This document shows, in pieces, positions 55,902 to 64,000 of a stretch of DNA of 64,000 bases. Both the position numbers and the translations under genes were made by a program. This DNA is from Gemmatimonas sp. (GTDB lineage Bacteria > Gemmatimonadota > Gemmatimonadetes > Gemmatimonadales > Gemmatimonadaceae). Below the pieces are notes generated by a model. The model was given only the letters and a program-made list of their open reading frames with translations, did not search any database and was not told the DNA's origin. Location of the stretch: positions 2,944,001-3,008,000 of the forward strand of contig OZ257156.1 in NCBI GenBank assembly GCA_965279375.1, written 5' to 3'. The stretch's first letter is position 1. Every line of letters begins with the position of its first letter.

Positions 55902-57307
55902 TGCGCGGGGTTCGTTGGCGTGCGCTGCTCAGTGCGAGCATCGGCCTCGCACTGCCCGTCGTGCTGCGCGCACAGGCGGCGCCCGCCGTCGAGCCCTTGG
56001 CGCGACGCATTCTGTCGGAGTTGGTAGCGATCAACACCACGGTCAGCACGGGCTCGTCCACGCCAGCCGCGCGCAAGCTGGCCGCGCGGTTCTTGGCCGC
56101 AGGATTTCCCGCGGCCGATGTGATGGTGATGGGGCGTGGCCCCAAGAGTCAGAACGTGATCGTGCGTCTGCGCGGAAAATCGAAGGCCAAGCCGATTCTC
56201 TTCAACGCGCATCTCGACGTGGTCGAAGCGCCGCGACTGGATTGGGGTTCCGACCCGTTCGTCCTGACGGAAAGGGATGGTTACCTGTACGGCCGCGGTG
56301 TCACCGACGACAAGGGACCGGCGTCATCGATGGCGGCGGCATTCATCGTCGCGAAGCAGCGGAAGCTGGTGCCGGAGCGCGACCTGCTGCTTGCGCTCAC
56401 CACAGGCGAGGAGAGCGACGTCGAGAACGGCGCCGTGTGGCTGCTGGAGAAGCAGCGTGCGCTCGTGGATGTCGCATACGTGCTCAATCTCGACGCGGGC
56501 GGCGCGAGCGTGGAGAAGGGGAAGGTGATCTCATACGGCATCGAGGCCGCCGAGAAGGTGTATATGGATCTCGACGTCGTGGCCCGCGGCGCTGGCGGTC
56601 ATAGCTCCGTGCCGCCCGTCGAGACGCCCATCGACCATTTGGCGCGCGCGCTCGACAAGATCGGCCGCTACAAGTTCAAGGCGCAGATCAATCCGGTCAT
56701 GCGCAGCTACTTCGCCAAGGCCGGACCGCTCGAAGGTGGAGCCATGGGTGCAGCGATGAGCGCGCTCGCCGCCAATCCCGACGATCAGGCGGCGCAGGCA
56801 ACGCTCAGTGCCGATCGGAGCAAAAATGCGTTGCTGCGCACGACGTGCATCGCGACCATCCTGCGCGGCGGCACCGCTCCGAACGCCATTCCGCAGGAAG
56901 TGTCGGCGAACGTGAACTGCCGCGTGCTTCCGGGCACGCCGCAGGACGACATCCTTCGCGCGCTGCGCGATGTCGTCGCGGATACGTCCATCGATATTCG
57001 TGTCGCGTCTCCGATGCATCCGAGCGATCCGTCCATGCCTCCGCCGGCGATCCTCGAGCTGATCGAGCGCGTGGTGCATGCGGAGTATCCGGGTATTCCG
57101 GTCATGCCGTACATGGAGACAGGCGCGACGGACGGACTGTGGTTCCGCAACGCCGGCATCCCGGTGTATGGTGTGACGGGGTTCTATATCGAGTCCGGTG
57201 ATCTGAATCGCGCGCACGGCAAGGATGAGCGGATCTCGCTGGCGGGATTCGGCGCGATGGTGCGACACGCGGTCCGCCTGCTGGACGAGGTTGCCAAGGC
57301 GAAGTAG
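55901..57307 (+). CDS. M20/M25/M40 family metallo-hydrolase, exported
   Basis: AHLDVV, YGRGVTDDKG, GEES, GGHSS, GATDG, HGKDERI. Confidence 0.92.
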   Translation: MRGVRWRALLSASIGLALPVVLRAQAAPAVEPLARRILSELVAINTTVSTGSSTPAARKLAARFLAAGFPAADVMVMGRGPKSQNVIVRLRGKSKAKPILFNAHLDVVEAPRLDWGSDPFVLTERDGYLYGRGVTDDKGPASSMAAAFIVAKQRKLVPERDLLLALTTGEESDVENGAVWLLEKQRALVDVAYVLNLDAGGASVEKGKVISYGIEAAEKVYMDLDVVARGAGGHSSVPPVETPIDHLARALDKIGRYKFKAQINPVMRSYFAKAGPLEGGAMGAAMSALAANPDDQAAQATLSADRSKNALLRTTCIATILRGGTAPNAIPQEVSANVNCRVLPGTPQDDILRALRDVVADTSIDIRVASPMHPSDPSMPPPAILELIERVVHAEYPGIPVMPYMETGATDGLWFRNAGIPVYGVTGFYIESGDLNRAHGKDERISLAGFGAMVRHAVRLLDEVAKAK

Positions 57308-57345
57308 CTTCGCGACGCACGCCCTCTCCCTCCCGGTGCGTCTCT

Positions 57346-58929
57346 ATGATTCTGCGAAGCAACCTTCCCGACGTCGTCATCCCCGACACGCCGTTGGTGC
57401 CGTTCATCCTGCAGCATGCCGAAAGGCTGCGCGACAAGACGGCGATCGTCTGCGGAGTGACCGGCAGCTCGTATACGTACGGCGAGCTCGCCGATCACAT
57501 TCACCGCGTGGCCGCAGGGCTGCACGCGGCCGGAATTCGCAAGGGTGATGTCGTCGGTTTGGTGAGCCCCAACATCCCGCAATTCGCCGTCGTCTTCTTT
57601 GCCGTCGTGCAATTGGGCGCGATCTGCTCGACGGTGAATCCGATCGCCACGGCGGAGGAGATCGGCGCACAGTTCGCCGACTCCGAAGCGGTCGCACTAT
57701 TCACCATCCCCGCGATGGTGGAGAAGTGTCAGGCTGCTGCGCGGCTCGCGTCGACAGTGCGCACGCTCTATGTCATCGGCGAGTCCGAGCACGACGGCGT
57801 GTTGCCCTTCGCCTCGCTGCTCACGCATGGCGACACGCCGCCGCACGTCGACATCGATCCGGCCAACGATCTCGCCGCCCTGCCGTACTCGAGCGGCACG
57901 TCGGGGATTCCCAAGGGCGTGATGCTCACGCATCGCAACCTCGTGGCGAATCTCGTGCAGATGCATTCACTCGAATTCGTGTTCGAGTCGGATATCGCGT
58001 TGGGAGTGCTGCCGTTCTTTCACATCTACGGCATGGTCGTGGTGATGGGAGGAGTGTTCACGCAGGGCGGCACTGTCGTCTCCATCCCACGATTCGAACT
58101 GGAGCCGGTTCTCAAGATCATTCAGGATCACAAGATCACAGTGGCGAACGTGGTGCCGCCGATCATTCTCGCGTTGGCCAAGCATCCTGCCGTGTCCAAC
58201 TACGACGTGAGCAGCCTGCGCATGATCTTCAGCGGCGCGGCGCCACTGGGTGCGGAGCTCGCGAGTGCCTGTTCGGCGCGACTCAAGCTGCGCGTGCGTC
58301 AGGGATACGGTCTCACGGAGACGAGTCCCGTCACGCACAGCCACCCGATGTCGGATGCGTTCGAGAAGCTGGAGTCGGTGGGGCCGCCGGTGCCCAACAC
58401 CGAATGCCGCATCGTCATTCCCGGCACCGACGAAGACGCACCGATCGGCGAACGCGGCGAGCTCTGGATGCGGGGACCACAAGTGATGAAGGGCTACTTC
58501 AACAAGCCCGAAGCCACAGCGATGTGCATGACATCGGACGGCTGGTTCAAAACCGGCGACGTGGCGGTGGTGGACGAGCGCGGCTGGTTCGCGATCGTCG
58601 ATCGCGTGAAGGAGCTGATCAAGTACAAGGGACTGCAGGTCGCGCCGGCCGAGCTCGAGGCGATTCTGCTCTCACATCCGAACGTCGCGGACGCCGCTGT
58701 CATCCCGGTGCCCGACGACGACGCCGGCGAGATTCCCAAGGCGTACATCGTATCTCGCGGTGAGCTGACCGCGGAGGCGGTGATGGAGTTCGTCGCCGAG
58801 CGCGTCTCGCCCTACAAGAAAGTGCGTCAGGTGGAGTTCGTGGACACGATTCCCAAGTCGCCGTCGGGGAAGATTCTGCGACGCTTGCTGGTGGACCGCG
58901 AACGCGCGCGCGTTGCGGCCACATCGTAG
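57346..58929 (+). CDS. AMP-binding enzyme, 4-coumarate-CoA-ligase-like
   Basis: YSSGTSGIPKGV, LPFFHIYG, QGYGLTE, GELWMRGPQVMKGY, KTGD, DRVKELIKYKG.QVAPAELE, PKSPSGKILRR. Confidence 0.92.
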   Translation: MILRSNLPDVVIPDTPLVPFILQHAERLRDKTAIVCGVTGSSYTYGELADHIHRVAAGLHAAGIRKGDVVGLVSPNIPQFAVVFFAVVQLGAICSTVNPIATAEEIGAQFADSEAVALFTIPAMVEKCQAAARLASTVRTLYVIGESEHDGVLPFASLLTHGDTPPHVDIDPANDLAALPYSSGTSGIPKGVMLTHRNLVANLVQMHSLEFVFESDIALGVLPFFHIYGMVVVMGGVFTQGGTVVSIPRFELEPVLKIIQDHKITVANVVPPIILALAKHPAVSNYDVSSLRMIFSGAAPLGAELASACSARLKLRVRQGYGLTETSPVTHSHPMSDAFEKLESVGPPVPNTECRIVIPGTDEDAPIGERGELWMRGPQVMKGYFNKPEATAMCMTSDGWFKTGDVAVVDERGWFAIVDRVKELIKYKGLQVAPAELEAILLSHPNVADAAVIPVPDDDAGEIPKAYIVSRGELTAEAVMEFVAERVSPYKKVRQVEFVDTIPKSPSGKILRRLLVDRERARVAATS

Positions 58930-58969
58930 CGTGTCGCGCGGTGCTGAACTCGGCGATGAGATCGGGCAT

Positions 58970-59932
58970 GTGAAGCAGCACGGCGCAGGATGGGCCCGTC
59001 GCTTCGCGTTTGCCGTGGGGCTGCTGCTGTGCGCATGGACCAACACTGCCTACGCGCAACGGCGCTTCACGACCACGCAGCGCTGCAGTGCAGCGCAACG
59101 TGCGGCCGGATGTCTGATCGTGCTGGGCTCTGGCTTTCCGGTACCTGACCCCGAGCGCGCAGGGCCCGCGTACGCCGTCGTGTACGGTGATCGTACCTTC
59201 CTGTTCGACGCAGGGGCCGGTGTGATGCGTCGCGTGGCAGCGGCTGGATTGCCCATCGATGGCGTGACGCGACTCTTTCTGACGCATCTGCACAGCGACC
59301 ACACGTTAGGGCTGCCCGATGTCATCTTCACCACGTGGGTGATGGGGCGGAAGACGACGATGCCGATCAGTGGCCCTCCTGGCACTCGACAGATGACAGA
59401 TCATCTGCTGGCGGCGTGGCAGGAAGACATTCGCATTCGCACGGATGGTCTCGAGCGGGGGCAGCGCAACGGCGAGCGTGTGCAGGTGAGCGAGACGCGC
59501 GGCGGCGTCGTGTACGACAGTGCGGGGGTGCGCATCACGGCGGTGCGTGTGCCGCACGGCGACTGGGAAACGGCACTCGGCTACGTGATCGAGACGCCGA
59601 CGCGCAAGCTCGTGATTTCCGGCGATACCGGTCCGTCGGATGCGCTCTTCGATGCGGCGCGCAACGCCGACGTGCTCGTGCACGAAGCGTATCCCGCGGT
59701 GCGCCTCAAGGCGGAGAATCGGCCCGGCGGCGATGAGTGGCCGAGGTACATGCGCGCTGTCCACACGAGTGACGCCGAGATCGGCGCGATGGCCGCGACG
59801 CGTGGCATCAAGACGGTTGTGTTGTCGCACATCATCTGGCAGGGCGGCACACCCGCCGAGGTGCTCGCGGGCGTACGTCGCGGTGGCTATCGCGGCGCGG
59901 TGCGCGTGGCCAACGACCTCGACGTCTACTGA
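58970..59932 (+). CDS. MBL-fold metallo-hydrolase (RNase Z/arylsulfatase-like), probably exported
   Basis: LGSG.P, FDAG.G, THLHSDH, ISGDT, LVHE, HT, LSH. Signal-like N-terminus, GTG start uncertain. Confidence 0.87.
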   Translation: MKQHGAGWARRFAFAVGLLLCAWTNTAYAQRRFTTTQRCSAAQRAAGCLIVLGSGFPVPDPERAGPAYAVVYGDRTFLFDAGAGVMRRVAAAGLPIDGVTRLFLTHLHSDHTLGLPDVIFTTWVMGRKTTMPISGPPGTRQMTDHLLAAWQEDIRIRTDGLERGQRNGERVQVSETRGGVVYDSAGVRITAVRVPHGDWETALGYVIETPTRKLVISGDTGPSDALFDAARNADVLVHEAYPAVRLKAENRPGGDEWPRYMRAVHTSDAEIGAMAATRGIKTVVLSHIIWQGGTPAEVLAGVRRGGYRGAVRVANDLDVY

Positions 59933-60053
59933 GATCCGCAGAACCGGGCGCGAAGCCCGTGGATCGCGCCTTGCATGGAATCCTGATGCACCTCCCCGGT
60001 TCGCGCGACATGATCGCGCTGAGCTCGCCGGGGGACAGCTGAGTGGAGCCAAC

Positions 60054-60653
60054 ATGCACAAGAAGATCCGCACCATTGCGCTAGTCGCTGTGGCGATGAG
60101 CGCGAGCGCCTGCGACAAGAAGCCTTCTGCAACAGCCGATTCGTTGGCCGCCCAGCCGAGTAACGGCAGCGCGATGGACTCCGCCGCGTTGATGGCGCCG
60201 TCTGTTCTCTCTGACGCGAACATCGTGTATCTCATCGACGGAGCGCACGTCGCCGACAGTACGCGAGGAGCGTTGGCGGTGACCAAGGGCACGCATCCGG
60301 AAGTGCGCTCGTTTGGCACGCAGATGATTGCGGATCATCATTCACTCCGCGCTGACGAAATCGCGATGACGACGACGCTCGCTATCTCGCAGATGGCACC
60401 GTCTGGCGACAGGAGCGAAGCGGATGACAAGGCGCAGCTTGACGCGCTCACGACCGAGAGCAAGGGCGTCGCGTGGGATCAGCGGTACATGGAGTACGAG
60501 ATCACGCACTTGCGCGCGTTCCTCGAAACGATCAATCGCGCGACCGCAGCGACGTCATCGCAGCCACTCAAGCTTCAGCTGATGAAGTCCACGCCGATAC
60601 TGCAAAGTCATCTCGATCAGGCGATCGCTCTGCAGTCCAAGCTGCCGCACTGA
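60054..60653 (+). CDS. DUF4142 family lipoprotein
   Basis: SD GGAG, lipobox ASAC, LA...G..PEVRSFG.QMIADH, WDQRYM...H, LQSHLDQA. Confidence 0.85.
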   Translation: MHKKIRTIALVAVAMSASACDKKPSATADSLAAQPSNGSAMDSAALMAPSVLSDANIVYLIDGAHVADSTRGALAVTKGTHPEVRSFGTQMIADHHSLRADEIAMTTTLAISQMAPSGDRSEADDKAQLDALTTESKGVAWDQRYMEYEITHLRAFLETINRATAATSSQPLKLQLMKSTPILQSHLDQAIALQSKLPH

Positions 60654-60683
60654 TCGGCGGCAGCTTGGCGTTAGGGACACACT

Positions 60684-61811
60684 TTACGCGAGTTGCGTTT
60701 CCACGAACTCCGGCGCCATCAGCCCCTGCAGCGACCGGCCGTGCGGGTCCTGCGTGGCGCGCACCTTGTTGACCAACTGCAGCGCGGTCTCGGTGCAGGG
60801 CGGCAGCTCGCGGTCGGATGTGCCAAGCGGCGTGACGCGACTGCCCCACTTCACCAGCAGCGAGCAGTAGGTGAGTCCGCCGCCAAACGCTGGCATGAGA
60901 ATGGTGGCACCGGGCTTCACGCGCCCTTGTTCCAGCGCTTCCACCAACGCGACGGGCACGGTGGCGGCGCTCATGTTGCCGTACTTGTGCACCGTCACGA
61001 TCACCTTCTCCATCGGGATCTGCGCGTACTTGGCCACCGCTTCGATGATGCGCAGGTTGGCCTGATGCGGCACGACGAGATCGACCGCGTCCGGGCTCAC
61101 GTTGCACTGCTGCATCACGCGCGCTGAAGCATCGGCCATCGCGTGCACGGCGCGCTTGAAGATCACCTGGCCGTCGAAATCCCAGATCGTGTCGCCGAAG
61201 TTCACGTCGAGTCCTGCGTACGTGCAACCGAAGCCGCGCACACGCAGACTCTGTCGCGCTTCGGCGTCGCAGCCGAGGATGCTGCCGAGCATCCCCTCTT
61301 CGTTGTCGGAGGCCTGGAGTACGACTGCGGCCGCGCCGTCGCCGAAAAGCACGGCCACGTTGCGATTGCTCCAGTCCATGTAACGGCTGATGAGCTCCAC
61401 GCCGATGACGATGGCGTTGCGGACCATGCCGCTCCGGATCATGGCCGTTGCCGTCGCGAGTCCGTAACAGAAACTGGTGCAGGCGGTGTTCAGATCAATG
61501 GCGGCCGCCTTGGTGGCACCAAGGGCGATCTGCACGCCGGAGGCGCTGTTGGGCACCAGCTCGTCGTTGCTGACGCCACCGTAGATGATCAGATCTACAT
61601 CCGTCGCATCGAGGCCGGCGCAGGCCAGTGCGCGCGCAGACGCCACGGCCGACAGATCAATCGCGCTGACGTGGGAGATGCGTCGTTCGCGCATACCCGT
61701 TCGCGACGTGATCCACTCGTCGGAGGTCTCGAGAAACGTGGAGAGGTCGTCGTTACTGAGGACGGCCGGGGGCATGCAGGCGCCCCATCCGGTGATTGCA
61801 GCGTAGGTCAT
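60684..61811 (-). CDS. fabH: Beta-ketoacyl-ACP synthase III
   Basis: TSDEWI..RTG, catalytic Cys (TACTSF), LFGDGAAA, His (PHQAN), Asn (YGNMS), FGGGLT. Confidence 0.92.
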   Translation of the reverse strand: MTYAAITGWGACMPPAVLSNDDLSTFLETSDEWITSRTGMRERRISHVSAIDLSAVASARALACAGLDATDVDLIIYGGVSNDELVPNSASGVQIALGATKAAAIDLNTACTSFCYGLATATAMIRSGMVRNAIVIGVELISRYMDWSNRNVAVLFGDGAAAVVLQASDNEEGMLGSILGCDAEARQSLRVRGFGCTYAGLDVNFGDTIWDFDGQVIFKRAVHAMADASARVMQQCNVSPDAVDLVVPHQANLRIIEAVAKYAQIPMEKVIVTVHKYGNMSAATVPVALVEALEQGRVKPGATILMPAFGGGLTYCSLLVKWGSRVTPLGTSDRELPPCTETALQLVNKVRATQDPHGRSLQGLMAPEFVETQLA

Positions 61812-61939
61812 GCGGAAGGGAGGTGGAGGGACGGGTAGTATCGCACCGCGGCGCGCCATTGACGAGTGTTTCGGCGCTGGCCACTGGCGGCTGCCATAGG
61901 CCGCTGGCTCTCGGTGGGTTCACGTTGCAACTTCCCGAG

Positions 61940-64000
<2,061 letters not shown>

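Overview
High-GC bacterial chromosomal segment, densely coding with about 43 genes. The gene repertoire (Ser/Thr kinase fused to TolB-like propeller, tricorn/S9/M28 peptidases with GGRGG inserts, carboxypeptidase-regulatory-like protein, PEP-CTERM protein, TonB receptor) suggests a Gram-negative Gemmatimonas-like organism; this is inference, not proof. I found no rRNA, tRNA, CRISPR array, transposase or integrase. Most genes encode exported hydrolases or peptidases. Three modules stand out. (1) 3634-10100: a tightly coupled CHAT protease / alpha-beta hydrolase / CHAT protease triad, with a protein-level (TRG[P/S])x4 repeat and shared G-[LV]-L-[SG] motifs in flexible linkers; it is a candidate proteolytic-cascade (conflict or cell-death) system. 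(2) 25296-27943: two overlapping D-Ala-D-Ala-ligase-like ATP-grasp genes, one fused to an intact SET/post-SET methyltransferase; it is a candidate ligate-and-methylate system of unknown product. (3) 13416-25168: a MoxR-DUF58-BatA cluster with a Tat-signal TldD that has Asp where the metal-ligand Cys normally sits, a signal-less TldE and a convergent Tat-signal DUF4159 gene. Regulatory signals include a near-consensus sigma-54 promoter for the PEP-CTERM gene, several likely leaderless promoters and three hairpin terminators. Family calls come from motif recognition only; no searches were run.
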